A stretch of DNA of 64,000 bases from Spirochaetia bacterium (GTDB lineage Bacteria > Spirochaetota > Spirochaetia > SZUA-6 > Bin103). The translations under genes and the position numbers were made by a program. The notes below the pieces were generated by a model. It ran no database searches and was not told the DNA's origin. It saw only the letters and a list, made by a program, of their open reading frames with translations. The stretch lies in the NCBI GenBank assembly GCA_965199955.1, contig CBDATQ010000002.1, positions 512,001-576,000 on the forward strand, read 5' to 3'. This document shows positions 38,541 through 48,825 of the stretch, in pieces; the first letter of the stretch is position 1; the number at the start of each line of letters is the position of its first letter.

Positions 38541-40493
38541 ATGAGTGATCAGGAACGAAACGAACCGCAGGCGGAGGAATCGTCGGACTCGCACGGACAG
38601 GAAGGGGCCGGACCGGAGCCCTCCCGGGAGAGGTTCTGGCAGGGCGTGAGCGTCCCTGACCTGGTCAAGCAGCGCATCGATGTCATCAAGGCGCAGCAGA
38701 GCCGCGGCCGCAAGCTGCTGATGGCGTTGCGCAAGTTCTACGCCATCCTGCCGATCGCGGCGTTCATCTATTTCTCCCTCACCAATCCGACATTCCAGAA
38801 CACGGTGCTCGCCATCCTGCAATTTGCGGTGCAGCTCCTGTTCGCGATCTTCTACGCGATTATCCAGTTCGTCGCCATTTTCTGGTTCATGGCCCGATCG
38901 AAGGTGGAGAAGGTCCGGCCCACCGACCCCAAGTCGATCACCTTCGACGACTACTGGGGGCAGCCCAACCTGAAGGCACTGGTCCGGCAATGGTTGGGCC
39001 TGCTGGCCGACCGCAGGGAGTTCGTGCAGATGGGCGGCCGCTACATCAACGGCCTGTTGCTGTACGGCCCACCGGGCACCGGCAAGACCATGCTCGCCAA
39101 GGCGATGGCGGGTGAGGCCGGGGTCGCGTTCATTTCCATAGAAGGCTCGGGATTCCGGGCGATGTTCGTGGGCGTGGACGTCCTGAAGATGATCTGGTTT
39201 ATCCGCAAGGCACGCAAGTACGCCCGCCGCTACGGCGCCTGCATCGCCTACATCGACGAGATCGACGCGGTCGGACAGTCGCGTGGCGGCGTCCAGGGAG
39301 ACAACAGTACGTTCGCCGGCGGCGGGATGTTTGGTGGCGGAACCGGCGCCCTGACGCGGCTGCTCTACGAGATGGACGGCGTCGATCAGCGTTCCCTGAA
39401 GGAGCGAATGGTCGCCAAGCTCTACCAACTGCGCGGCAAGAAGCCGCCTGCGCGGAATTGGCACGTCCTGTTCATGGGCTCCACCAACCGCCCCGACGTG
39501 CTGGACCCGGCGCTGACGCGGCCGGGCCGCTTCGACCAGATGATCGAGGTGGGACTGCCGGACCGTTCCGGCCGTCGCGCCATCGTCGAGGGCTACCTGT
39601 CGACCATCCGCCACGACGACTCGGTCGACGTGGAGGCGATCGTGTCCAACACGCCCGGCGCCTCACCGGCGCAGATGATGGCGGCGCTGACCAAGGACAC
39701 GGTACGCATCGCCCTGTTCGAGCACCGCAACGTGGTCACACAGCGCGACATCGACCGTGCGCTGATCCACCAGTTGGCGGGCATGGAGAACCCGATCGAG
39801 GAGATGGATCCGGAACAGCGCCGTTCCATCGCCGTGCACGAGGCCGGACACGCTGTGGTCGTGCACTACGTGCTCCCGGAGAAGCGGATCGGCCACCTGA
39901 CGATCCTGGCGCGCGGCCAGACGCTCGGCTTCATGCTGCCGCTCGACGAGGTGGAGCAGTACTCGTATCCGCTGCGCCGGATCGTCGCCGACATCATGGT
40001 CGCGTTGGGCGGACACGCGGCCGTGCGGATCGTGTACGGCGAGGAGTGGACCGGCGCCTACAGCGACTACCGTCAGGCGCGAGACCGTTTCCGACATCTG
40101 TATTCACTCGGCTACTTCGGTCCTCCGACAGGATGGATTTCCAGCATGGCCGACGAGCTGGGCGCTCCGTCGGGCGCGCCGCCGCCGGAAGTCAACCGCC
40201 TCTGGCAGGATCTGGAGGATCGGACGGAGCGGTTGCTGCGCGATCATCGGGGCGAGTTGATGGCTCTTACCGACGCCCTGCTGGAGCGCAGCGAGCTCAA
40301 TACTGGCGAAGTGCTGGAGCTCCTCGGGCCGAACGGTCACAACGGCACGAACGGCCACGGCCGGCCTCCGTCCGTGGCCGGCGGGCCGAGCGGGGCGCTG
40401 CCCGGCAACCTCTCCGCGCGTGACCTGATCGACGAGCCGTCGGACCCGCCGGATGACGGCGGCACCGAGCCGCCTGAGGAGCCCGCCCGGTAG
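38541..40493 (+). CDS. FtsH-like AAA+ zinc metalloprotease (atypical paralogue)
   Basis: Two closely spaced TM helices; GPPGTGKT, YIDEID, STNRPDVLDPALTRPGRFD and HEAGH motifs. Confidence 0.88.
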   Translation: MSDQERNEPQAEESSDSHGQEGAGPEPSRERFWQGVSVPDLVKQRIDVIKAQQSRGRKLLMALRKFYAILPIAAFIYFSLTNPTFQNTVLAILQFAVQLLFAIFYAIIQFVAIFWFMARSKVEKVRPTDPKSITFDDYWGQPNLKALVRQWLGLLADRREFVQMGGRYINGLLLYGPPGTGKTMLAKAMAGEAGVAFISIEGSGFRAMFVGVDVLKMIWFIRKARKYARRYGACIAYIDEIDAVGQSRGGVQGDNSTFAGGGMFGGGTGALTRLLYEMDGVDQRSLKERMVAKLYQLRGKKPPARNWHVLFMGSTNRPDVLDPALTRPGRFDQMIEVGLPDRSGRRAIVEGYLSTIRHDDSVDVEAIVSNTPGASPAQMMAALTKDTVRIALFEHRNVVTQRDIDRALIHQLAGMENPIEEMDPEQRRSIAVHEAGHAVVVHYVLPEKRIGHLTILARGQTLGFMLPLDEVEQYSYPLRRIVADIMVALGGHAAVRIVYGEEWTGAYSDYRQARDRFRHLYSLGYFGPPTGWISSMADELGAPSGAPPPEVNRLWQDLEDRTERLLRDHRGELMALTDALLERSELNTGEVLELLGPNGHNGTNGHGRPPSVAGGPSGALPGNLSARDLIDEPSDPPDDGGTEPPEEPAR

Positions 40494-40520
40494 GACCCGC
40501 GGCCGCGCGGACCGACGGCC

Positions 40521-41882
40521 CTATCGAATCGACCAGGACCCCAGGTCGCCGCGGGTGACGAAGCGCGGTTCGAGGTTGCCCGAAGCCGATCCCAGGAAGA
40601 TGCCGGGGAAGCCGCCGCGCGCCACCGCGGAGAACACCAGCCAGTTGCCGTCCGGCGACCAGATGCTCCCGGAGCGCGTGTGCTGATCGAAGAACTGCAG
40701 GGCGCCCAAGCTGCCGCGCGTGATCGGAAAGGTGGCGACCTTCCAGGATTCTCCCGAGCGGGCATCCATCACCCGCAGGTGCACGTAGATCTGCTCGGGG
40801 TCGGCGGCGAACACCGGCTCCACCACGAGCTGCTGGAGCTCCGCCGCGCTCACCGGTACCAGATAGGCGATCTGGCGGCTGTTGGGAGCCCAGAAGAAGG
40901 CGATGACCGTTGGCTCCTCCAGCTCCACCGAGCGCTCCAGCCGGCCCGGCACCAGCACGCGGAGCGTGCCGTCGGCCGAGAGCTGTGGCGTTGACGACTC
41001 CATGATCGCGACGCGCCTCCCGTCGCGGGAGAAGCTGAAGAAGGCGCTGCCGGACACGGTCTTGAGCACGTCCAGGCCCGGACCCTCGATGTCCCGCAGC
41101 ACAAGCTGGGCCGATCCCGACTCGCTGTCTACATACAGCATGCGTTCGCCGTCGGGAGACACCTGCGGCGACTGGAAGCGTGCTGGGCGCACGTTGAAGT
41201 TGCGCTTCCCGGTTGCGCCGCGGACGTCCAGCAGCGTGAGGCGACCGCCCGACGTCGTGCCGCCGCCGACGTGGGCCAGCATGAAACGGTTGCCGGGGTC
41301 CCACGCCCAGTACAGTGGCAGCCCCGTGTCGAGCGGCTTGTAGCTCAGCTTGCCGGAGGGATCCATCAGGCCGAGCTCCATGCCGTCCTCCGCGGTGCGC
41401 TGGGACAGCACGCTGATCCAGCGGCTGTCCGGGGACCAGTACAGGTAGACCGGTGCGAGCTCGGCGCTCTCCCAGACCGCCTGTGGATTGCGCGAGCCTG
41501 AGTCGCTGGTGAGGATCGCCGCGTCGAGGCTGCCGTCGGTCTGCTGGTCGAAGCGGACGAAGGCGAGGCGGCGGCCCCGTGCCGACCAGGTCGGAGACGA
41601 GTACCAGCGGCGCACGCCTTCGCGGCTGCCGGCGTCATCGGTGAGCTGCGTGAGGCGTCCGCCGGTCTGGTCCGCCGTCGCGATGTTGCCGTCCAGAGCG
41701 ATGAACGCGATCAGCCCCGACTTGCGCTCGAAGCGCTCCAGCAGGGAGTTCTGCGACATCTGCGCGCCCCGCACCGAGCAGGACACCAGCAGGGCGGCGG
41801 CCAGGGGGAGCAGCAGGAGCGCCTGCAGCGTGCGGCGTCCCGGTGGATGCGGCACTGGCGGCTTCAGGTTCGTCACTGCCAT
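40521..41882 (-). CDS. TolB-like/PD40 beta-propeller lipoprotein
   Basis: Lipobox-like LLVSC; repeated P/W-S-P-D-G motifs. Confidence 0.8.
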   Translation of the reverse strand: MAVTNLKPPVPHPPGRRTLQALLLLPLAAALLVSCSVRGAQMSQNSLLERFERKSGLIAFIALDGNIATADQTGGRLTQLTDDAGSREGVRRWYSSPTWSARGRRLAFVRFDQQTDGSLDAAILTSDSGSRNPQAVWESAELAPVYLYWSPDSRWISVLSQRTAEDGMELGLMDPSGKLSYKPLDTGLPLYWAWDPGNRFMLAHVGGGTTSGGRLTLLDVRGATGKRNFNVRPARFQSPQVSPDGERMLYVDSESGSAQLVLRDIEGPGLDVLKTVSGSAFFSFSRDGRRVAIMESSTPQLSADGTLRVLVPGRLERSVELEEPTVIAFFWAPNSRQIAYLVPVSAAELQQLVVEPVFAADPEQIYVHLRVMDARSGESWKVATFPITRGSLGALQFFDQHTRSGSIWSPDGNWLVFSAVARGGFPGIFLGSASGNLEPRFVTRGDLGSWSIR

Positions 41883-43168
41883 GACCAGAACCCTATCAGC
41901 CCCGGCGCCATCTTGCGCGGCACCAGGTTGCCCTCGGCCCGCGCCACCATGATGGACGGACCCTCGTCGGTGAGCGCGGCGTACACGATGTTGCGGCTGT
42001 CCGGAGACCAGATCCGCGCGGCCTGACCGTACTGGTCGAACACGCGGATCACCGCCGCGAACTGCGGGGTGGGCACGAACGTATCGATGTCCACCGACGA
42101 TCGCCGCTCGCGGTCGTAGACGCGCAGTGCCAATACCAGGGTCTGGTCGCTGCCTTCGTTCAGCGACTGGATCGACGGGACGAAGTAGGCGACGCGCCTG
42201 GAGTCCGGGGACCAGAAGAACGCGAACACGTCGTCCTCCTCGAGCATCGTCCCGGCACCGGTCGCGACGTCGCGCAAGTGCAGCCGGCTGACGATCGATT
42301 CGACTTCCTGGCGGCGGGCGATGTAGCCGAGCGACGTGCCGTCGGGAGACCAGAGAAAGGTGACCGAGCCGCGGGCGGTGGCGATCAGCTCGCGACGATC
42401 CCGTTGCTCGGGGTGGGCGATGACCAGGTCGGTCTGGCCGCCGTCGGCGACAGTCGCCAGCACCACTCCCGAACCGTCGGGCGACCAGGCCGGGGTCTGG
42501 AACTCGGCGGGCTGAAGCGGAAGGCCGCTCTCGACCACGGCCGCGCCGACCTGCAGGAAGGACACCCGGCGGTCGGAGGTTCGGACCGACCCCGCGTGCA
42601 CGGTCACGCCGGTGCTGTCGGGCGCCCATGCCCAGAACAGCGGCCGGCCGGCGTCCAGCGTCTGCACCGGAGCGGCGCTGCCCGGCTGCCAGCTCAGAAG
42701 CAGGAAGCCCCCGCCGCCCGATCCGGCCGTCAGGAAGCTGAGCTGGCGGCTGTCGGGCGACCAGTAGAGATTGGCCGGCAGCCGTCCGCCGGTGGAGACG
42801 GCCCGCGCGTCGCTGCCGTCGGCGCGGGCGGTGAGCACGCGGCCGGACGTGCGGCCCTGGAACGAGTCTATTCCCACGAACGCCACCCGCTTGCCGTCCG
42901 GCGACCAGATCGGGGTCTGGTAGATGCGCGCGGCGCTCTCCGACTGCCCGGCGTCGGTGGTGATCTCCTTCGTGGCGCCGCCGGCCTGATTGGCCACATA
43001 GATGTTGGCGTCGATGCCCATGTAGACGATCTTTCCGGACTTGCGCTCCAGGGCTCCCATCAGCGAGCTCTGCTCGCTGGTGTCGGGCAGCCGGCAGTCG
43101 ACCAGCAGCGCGGCGCCGACCGCGGCGGCGATGAGGAGCGCGCCGCGAGCGACCGCCCTTCGTCTCAT
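41873..43168 (-). CDS. TolB-like/PD40 beta-propeller protein (paralogue of its neighbour)
   Basis: Signal segment ending LLVDC; WSPDG repeats; shares ERKSG, TDAG and WSPD blocks with 40521..41882. Confidence 0.8.
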   Translation of the reverse strand: MRRRAVARGALLIAAAVGAALLVDCRLPDTSEQSSLMGALERKSGKIVYMGIDANIYVANQAGGATKEITTDAGQSESAARIYQTPIWSPDGKRVAFVGIDSFQGRTSGRVLTARADGSDARAVSTGGRLPANLYWSPDSRQLSFLTAGSGGGGFLLLSWQPGSAAPVQTLDAGRPLFWAWAPDSTGVTVHAGSVRTSDRRVSFLQVGAAVVESGLPLQPAEFQTPAWSPDGSGVVLATVADGGQTDLVIAHPEQRDRRELIATARGSVTFLWSPDGTSLGYIARRQEVESIVSRLHLRDVATGAGTMLEEDDVFAFFWSPDSRRVAYFVPSIQSLNEGSDQTLVLALRVYDRERRSSVDIDTFVPTPQFAAVIRVFDQYGQAARIWSPDSRNIVYAALTDEGPSIMVARAEGNLVPRKMAPGLIGFWSWQ

Positions 43169-43179
43169 CGGTACACCCC

Positions 43180-44460
43180 TCATCCGACGCCGCGCCGCAG
43201 CACGGTGAGCGCGGTGTTGCGGACCGGGTCGGTCTGCTCCGAGACCTCGTCCCAGTCCAGCGATGCCGGTACGTCCGGCCGCACTCCGTCGATGCCGACC
43301 TCGCGGCCGGACGGTGACTGGTAGGCGCTGGTCATGACGGTCAGGCGGGAGCCGTCCGGGAGCACGAAGTCGACGAAGCTCTCCACGTTGCCGGGCGTCC
43401 GCAGGCCGACCACGGTGGCGCGGCGGCGCGCCTGCAGGGCGGCGGCCAGAACCTCGGGCAGCCCCTCGGTGTCCGGTCCGACCAGCACCACCAGCGGCAC
43501 CGCCTGCGAACCGTTCAGGTCGTAGCCATCGACGGATATGAGCTGCGAGCCCTCGGCGGTGTAGATCTCACCATGGTCGCCGTCCGAGAACAGCGACAAC
43601 AGCGGCACCAGCGGCCACCGCAGGCCGCTGGCGATGCGCAGGTCCAGGATAATGCCGCCGATGTCCCCGGCTTCCGCGAGCGCCTCGAGGATGCGGACCG
43701 TCTCCGTGACCAGGGAGTCGGAGGAAACGCGCGGGAACAGCAGGTAGCCGACGCGGCCCGGATCCAGGATGCCGTACTGGAGCGGATTCAGCACCTCCGC
43801 GAGCTGCACGCGGCCGCGGATCACCTGCACGTCACGCGGCTCCCGGTCGACCGAGTTGACGCGCAGGATCACCGGCTGGTCGGCCGGTCCCCGGATGCGG
43901 GACACCGCATCCGGGCCCTCTTCCCGCCGCACCGGAATGCCGTTGACCGCCGTGACCGCCTCGTGGGGGCGCAGCCCGGATTGGTCGGCGGGAGATCCGG
44001 GCATCACCGACAGCAGGATGATGCGCGGCTCCGGGTTTTCGCGGTAGGCGACGTAGGCGCCGATCCCTTCATAGGCGGAAGGATCCTCCAGTTCTTGCTG
44101 GATGCGCTCCATGCGCGTCTCCCAGCGCGCGGCCAGCGGCGGCAGTTCGTCCAGCATCTGCCGGACCGTCGCCGGGAAGTCCTCGCGCGAAAGGAGGTTG
44201 ACGATCACCGGCCGGTATCGCTCGCGCAACTCGTTCCAGGCGACTCCGTGCAGGTCGCCGTACACGTAGTGGTCACGCAGCAGGGTCCATATCTCGTCGA
44301 AGGTGCGGATCTGCAGGGAGGTGATCTGTTCCCGCTGCTCGGTGGGGTCCAGCACGGGCGCGAGATCCGTGTCGTCCGCGAATTCGCGGGTGCAGGCGGC
44401 GAGGATCGACAGCGCGGCGATCATCGCCAGGACAAACGTCGCCGTTGCCGGCGTCGCCAT
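43180..44460 (-). CDS. S41 family (tail-specific protease-like) PDZ lipoprotein; start uncertain
   Basis: LAAC lipobox; DHYVY, GIG, PGSPA PDZ, IILDLR, LVVLVG, GxRTPG and GVRPD motifs. Confidence 0.82.
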   Translation of the reverse strand: MATPATATFVLAMIAALSILAACTREFADDTDLAPVLDPTEQREQITSLQIRTFDEIWTLLRDHYVYGDLHGVAWNELRERYRPVIVNLLSREDFPATVRQMLDELPPLAARWETRMERIQQELEDPSAYEGIGAYVAYRENPEPRIILLSVMPGSPADQSGLRPHEAVTAVNGIPVRREEGPDAVSRIRGPADQPVILRVNSVDREPRDVQVIRGRVQLAEVLNPLQYGILDPGRVGYLLFPRVSSDSLVTETVRILEALAEAGDIGGIILDLRIASGLRWPLVPLLSLFSDGDHGEIYTAEGSQLISVDGYDLNGSQAVPLVVLVGPDTEGLPEVLAAALQARRRATVVGLRTPGNVESFVDFVLPDGSRLTVMTSAYQSPSGREVGIDGVRPDVPASLDWDEVSEQTDPVRNTALTVLRRGVG

Positions 44461-44555
44461 TTCCGGCCCGACGGGGGCCGGCGCGTTCCACAGCCGGGTT
44501 CGCATAGAGGAGCGCCACCTTAGCATGGCCGCCCTGGCCGCGGTGCCGAGTTTCA

Positions 44556-44585
44556 TTGACAGCTTAGAAAAGCGGTCGATATATT
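44556..44585 (+). promoter_or_regulatory. Sigma70-type promoter for the ffh operon
   Basis: TTGACA, 18-nt spacer, TATATT in an AT-rich patch 12 nt before the ATG. Confidence 0.65.
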
Positions 44586-44597
44586 GCCTCCCTGCGC

Positions 44598-45965
44598 ATG
44601 CGCACCAGCCTGAGTTCCCGCCTGATCGACGTGTTGCGCAACGTCACCACGCGCAAGCAACTCACGGAACGCAACATTCGCGACGCCGTCAACGAGATCA
44701 GGAACGCCTTGCTCGAAGCTGATGTGAATGTGCGCGTGGTCCGTCGCTTCGTCAACCGGACGGTTGAAGCGGCGATCGGCGATCAGCGCGTGTCGGGCGT
44801 ATCGGCCGCCGACCAATTCACGCGTACGGTGCACCAGCGTCTTACCGACATGCTTGGCGGCGGCGACACCGGGCTCGAACTGCGCGACCTGAAGCCGCCC
44901 GCGAGGATTCTCATGGTGGGTCTGCAGGGTTCGGGGAAGACCACCACCGCCGCCAAGCTGGCTCGGCGTCTGGCCGCCGACGGCCGACGGCCGCTGTTGA
45001 TCGCCGCCGATCGCGCGCGGCCGGCGGCTGTCGAGCAGTTGGAGCTCCTGGGGCGCACGATCGGTGTCGATGTCTACACTGCCGCCGGCCTCCGCGGGGC
45101 CGATGGCGCCGCCAAGGTGACCCGTGAGGGGCTCCGGCACGCTCAACAGGGCGGGCACGACACGGTGATCGTGGATACGTCGGGCCGCAGCCAGGCAGAC
45201 GAAAACCTGATGCGGGAACTCGAGCAGGTGCGGTCGGTGCTGGAGCCCGACCGCACCCTGCTGGTCGCCGACGCCATGACCGGGCAGGCCGCGGCCACGG
45301 TGGCCGGCGGCTTCGAGGAACGCATCGGCATCACCGGCGTCATCCTGTCCAAGACCGACTCGGATGCGCGGGGCGGAGCGGCCCTGTCGATGAAGGGAGT
45401 CACCGGCAAGCCGGTGTGCTTTATCGGCACCGGGGAGAGGCTGGAGGATCTGGAGCCGTTTCACGCGGAACGGTTCGCGGGACAGATCCTGGGGATGGGT
45501 GACGTCGTCAGCCTGGTGGAGAAGGCCGAGCAGGTGATCGATCAGCAGCAGGCGGAACGGACGCTGCGGCGCGTACGTTCGAACACGCTGACGCTGGCCG
45601 ACTACCTGGAGCAGATCCGCGGCTTGCGCAAGATGGGGAACCTGGATGCGCTGATCGACAAGATCCCCGGCGCGCGCGCGGCCATGGCGGAGGGCGCGAT
45701 CGACGAGCAGGTGCTGCGCACGGAAGAGGCCATGATATTGTCGATGACCCCGGCCGAGCGCGATAATCACCGCATCTTGGGTCCGTCACGGCGGCGCAGG
45801 GTGGCGCGCGGAAGCGGCACGACCGTGCTGGCGGTCAGCCGCTTCCTGAAGAAATTCGACAAGATGTCAGCGGCCATGCGAAAGATGGCGCGCGGCGGCG
45901 GCGGCGCCGGTGGCGGGGTGAAGCCCGCCCGTGCCACCCGCGGCGGCAAGCGCTTCCGCCGCTGA
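44598..45965 (+). CDS. ffh: Signal recognition particle protein
   Basis: ALLEADV, GLQGSGKTT, DTSGR, DARGGAALS, ILGMGD and SMTPAER motifs. Confidence 0.96.
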   Translation: MRTSLSSRLIDVLRNVTTRKQLTERNIRDAVNEIRNALLEADVNVRVVRRFVNRTVEAAIGDQRVSGVSAADQFTRTVHQRLTDMLGGGDTGLELRDLKPPARILMVGLQGSGKTTTAAKLARRLAADGRRPLLIAADRARPAAVEQLELLGRTIGVDVYTAAGLRGADGAAKVTREGLRHAQQGGHDTVIVDTSGRSQADENLMRELEQVRSVLEPDRTLLVADAMTGQAAATVAGGFEERIGITGVILSKTDSDARGGAALSMKGVTGKPVCFIGTGERLEDLEPFHAERFAGQILGMGDVVSLVEKAEQVIDQQQAERTLRRVRSNTLTLADYLEQIRGLRKMGNLDALIDKIPGARAAMAEGAIDEQVLRTEEAMILSMTPAERDNHRILGPSRRRRVARGSGTTVLAVSRFLKKFDKMSAAMRKMARGGGGAGGGVKPARATRGGKRFRR

Positions 45966-45991
45966 CGCGGACACCACACAGGAGCGAACAG

Positions 45992-46309
45992 ATGAGCGTA
46001 GCGATCCGGCTCAAGCGACACGGTACGAGAAACCGTCCGTTCTACCGAATCGTCGTGATGGACTCGCGGCGGCCGCGAGACGGCAGGGTGATCGAGGAGC
46101 TCGGTCGCTATCAGCCGACCGAGCCCGAAGGCACGCAGGCCAGCCTCGACGAGGCGCGCGTGCGGGAGTGGATGGGCAAGGGCGCCCGGACATCGGCGAC
46201 CGTCCGACGCATTCTCAACCGTCAGGCCCGCGGACAGTCCGCTGGCGCTGGCGGGGAGTCCGCTGGTGAGGAGATCGGAGACGGATCGGCCCCGGCATCC
46301 GCAGAGTGA
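45992..46309 (+). CDS. rpsP: 30S ribosomal protein S16
   Basis: VAIRLKRHG...PFYRIVV.DSR.PRDGR.IE.LG.Y. Confidence 0.97.
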   Translation: MSVAIRLKRHGTRNRPFYRIVVMDSRRPRDGRVIEELGRYQPTEPEGTQASLDEARVREWMGKGARTSATVRRILNRQARGQSAGAGGESAGEEIGDGSAPASAE

Positions 46310-46356
46310 CATGCCGCACGTGTGACGGGCCACGGAGCGAACGGTGGAGGTGAACG

Positions 46357-46590
46357 ATGGAAAAGGAGTTGGTCGAGTTCGTCGCTCGCGCACTGGTAGA
46401 CGAGCCTGACGGCGTCGAGGTCACCGTGGTCGAAGGCGAGAAGTCGACCATTGTGGAGTTGAAGGTGGCCGATGGCGACTTGGGCAAGGTCATCGGCAAG
46501 CAGGGCCGGATCGCCAAGGCGATCCGTACCATTCTAAGCGCCGCCGGCACCAAGACCGGCAAGCGGGTCGTGCTCGAAATCATAGACTGA
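46357..46590 (+). CDS. khpA: KH domain RNA-binding protein
   Basis: [17 protein letters not shown]; located between rpsP and rimM. Confidence 0.93.
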   Translation: MEKELVEFVARALVDEPDGVEVTVVEGEKSTIVELKVADGDLGKVIGKQGRIAKAIRTILSAAGTKTGKRVVLEIID

Positions 46591-46594
46591 AGCC

Positions 46595-47149
46595 ATGGAC
46601 GGGCAGGCCGCTCGGAGCGGTACGGCCGCTCGGAGCGCACCGCAGGACGGACGGATAGCGGTGGGCCGCATCCGGCGGGCGCACGGCGTGCAGGGATTCG
46701 TCCGTTTCGAGAGCCTCTCGGGCGAGATCGATCATTTCCCGGCGATGCACGAGGTGGAGCTGCGAGGCCGTGGACGGCTGCCGCGGCGCTACGATGTGGA
46801 GTCGTTCCGTCTGTCCGGGCCGACGCTGCTGATGAAGCTGGAAGGGGTGGACGACCGGGACGCGGCCGCGAAGATCGCTGGGCGGGAAATCTGGGTGGAG
46901 CGCCGCCATGCGGCGCCGCTGGGTCCCGATGAGTTCTACCTGGCCGATCTGACCGGATGCGAGGTCCGCCAGGACGGCCGGCCGATCGGCACCGTGCGAT
47001 CGGTGCTGGAGGCGGGTGCCGGCGATGTGCTGGAGGCGGTCCGTGACGACGGCCGCACCGTGCTGGTTCCCTTTCGGCGACAGTACGTGCGATCAGCCGA
47101 CACCGTCGCCGGCGTCATCGAGCTCGCCAGCGACGCGGTCATCGAATGA
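46595..47149 (+). CDS. rimM: Ribosome maturation factor RimM
   Basis: VGRIRRAHGVQG, EFYLADLTG and LVPF motifs. Confidence 0.95.
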   Translation: MDGQAARSGTAARSAPQDGRIAVGRIRRAHGVQGFVRFESLSGEIDHFPAMHEVELRGRGRLPRRYDVESFRLSGPTLLMKLEGVDDRDAAAKIAGREIWVERRHAAPLGPDEFYLADLTGCEVRQDGRPIGTVRSVLEAGAGDVLEAVRDDGRTVLVPFRRQYVRSADTVAGVIELASDAVIE

Positions 47150-47844
47150 CGTTCACGGTCCTGACGCTTTTCCCGGAGCTGCTGACCCCGTTCGTGGCGA
47201 CATCCATCGTCGGCCGCGCCGTCGAGCGCGGCCTTATCGATGTCCAGACCGTCGACATCCGCGACTACGCCCACGACCCGCACCGTACCTGCGACGACAG
47301 TCCCTACGGTGGAGGCGCGGGGATGGTGTTGAAGCCGGAGCCGGTCAGCCGCGCGATAGAATCGGTGGTGAGACGGCGCACGGTAAGGCCACGTGCCGTT
47401 CACCTCACCGCCGCAGGCTTGCCGTTCGATCGCGATCTGGCGCGCCGTTGGGCGGCGGAGGGGCGGGAGTTGCTGCTCGTGGCCGGCCGCTACGAGGGGA
47501 TCGACCAGCGCGTGGTCGATCTGTTCGTCGAGGATGAGGTGTCGATCGGAGACTACGTGCTGATCGGCGGCGAGGTGGCGGCGATGGCGGTCATCGAGGC
47601 CGTGGCGCGGCTGGTCCCCGGGGTGATCCAGGCGGACTCGCTCGCGGAAGAGAGCTTCGAGGGCGACGTTCTCGAATATCCTCAGTACACTAGACCTCCG
47701 GTGTTCCGCGGCGTGCCGGTGCCGCCGGTACTGCTGTCCGGAGACCACGCACGGATCAGGGAGTGGCGCCGCCGGCAGGCGGCCCAGCGTACGGCCCGCC
47801 TGCGTCCGGACCTGCTACGAAGGAGCGAACGATGGAGCAACTGA
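47146..47844 (+). CDS. trmD: tRNA (guanine-N1)-methyltransferase
   Basis: [34 protein letters not shown] and LEYPQYTRP motifs. Confidence 0.97.
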   Translation: MTFTVLTLFPELLTPFVATSIVGRAVERGLIDVQTVDIRDYAHDPHRTCDDSPYGGGAGMVLKPEPVSRAIESVVRRRTVRPRAVHLTAAGLPFDRDLARRWAAEGRELLLVAGRYEGIDQRVVDLFVEDEVSIGDYVLIGGEVAAMAVIEAVARLVPGVIQADSLAEESFEGDVLEYPQYTRPPVFRGVPVPPVLLSGDHARIREWRRRQAAQRTARLRPDLLRRSERWSN

Positions 47845-48188
47845 TACGGGATGTCGAGACCGACCAGACGCGGTCTCATGCAACGGAATTCGGAGTCGGC
47901 GACTCGGTGCGGATCCATTTCAAGATCATCGAGGGCAAGACCGAACGGACCCAGGTGTTCGAAGGAACCTGCATCGCTCGCAAGGGCTCGGGCGTCAGTT
48001 CGACGTTCACCGTCCGCAAGATCTCCTACGGCGTCGGCGTGGAGCGGGTGTTCCCGCTGCACTCGCCCAAGATCGCCAGGATCGAGGTGTCGCGCCGGGG
48101 CCGCGTGCGCCGCGCGAAGCTCTTCTACCTGCGCGATCGGGTTGGCAAGGCAGCGAAGGTGCCGGAGCGCCGGATCCGCAAGCGCTAG
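47832..48188 (+). CDS. rplS: 50S ribosomal protein L19
   Basis: [26 protein letters not shown] and [12 protein letters not shown] motifs. Confidence 0.97.
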   Translation: MEQLIRDVETDQTRSHATEFGVGDSVRIHFKIIEGKTERTQVFEGTCIARKGSGVSSTFTVRKISYGVGVERVFPLHSPKIARIEVSRRGRVRRAKLFYLRDRVGKAAKVPERRIRKR

Positions 48189-48247
48189 GAGTCTGTCGAT
48201 TTGCCGCGCAAGCGGGAAGGCCGCGCGGCGGGGAGCCGACAGACTCC
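48188..48247. repeat. Palindromic element or hairpin after rplS
   Basis: GGAGTCTGTCG (48188-48198) and CGACAGACTCC (48237-48247) form a perfect IR with an inner GCCGCGC/GCGCGGC stem. Confidence 0.7.
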
Positions 48248-48459
48248 GACGCGGAAGGTGGGGATGGGCCAGAAGCGGAGCCGAAGGCGACGGTTTTGAG
48301 GCGATAGGAGCCCCGTCGGACGCCTCGGGGTCGACTTGAAGCGATAGCGCGAAACCCGCGCTTCAATGTTGACGATACTGTATGCAGACATCGGTAGTAC
48401 CGATGGACGGCGCGGCTCGGAGGGCGTCCGAGCCGCGCCGATCACATCGACAGGACCGG

Positions 48460-48825
48460 GTGAGCAGTGTCCAGAAGGGTAGAATCGGTGAACGTCAGGC
48501 CGCCGCATACCTCCGGGAGCGCGGCTACCGCATCGTTGAGCGCAATGTTCGCATGCGGGTGGGAGAGATCGACCTGGTCGCATGCCGCGGCGACAGCGTC
48601 GTGTTCGTCGAAGTCAAGGCTTGGGGCAGCTTCGGCGCCGCCGATCTGGCGGCCGTGGTGAACGACCGCAAGCGGCTGCGCATCGTCCGCACGGCGGCGG
48701 CGCTTCTGGCCCGGAGCCCGAGCTTGCAGCGGTTCCGGCCGCGGTTCGACATCCTGCTCTTGCGCTCCGGACAGCCGCCGCTGCATATCGAGTCGGCATT
48801 CGGCGCCGACGGGGAACCCCTGTGA
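48460..48825 (+). CDS. yraN: YraN (UPF0102) family protein
   Basis: GE..AAAYL...GY.IVERN, GEIDLV, VFVEVK and RFD motifs. Confidence 0.9.
   Translation: MSSVQKGRIGERQAAAYLRERGYRIVERNVRMRVGEIDLVACRGDSVVFVEVKAWGSFGAADLAAVVNDRKRLRIVRTAAALLARSPSLQRFRPRFDILLLRSGQPPLHIESAFGADGEPL

Noticed and set aside
48250..48380. SRP RNA, 6S RNA or tRNA near the ffh operon
   Set aside because: No SRP domain IV motif, cloverleaf or long end-to-end stem was recognisable.
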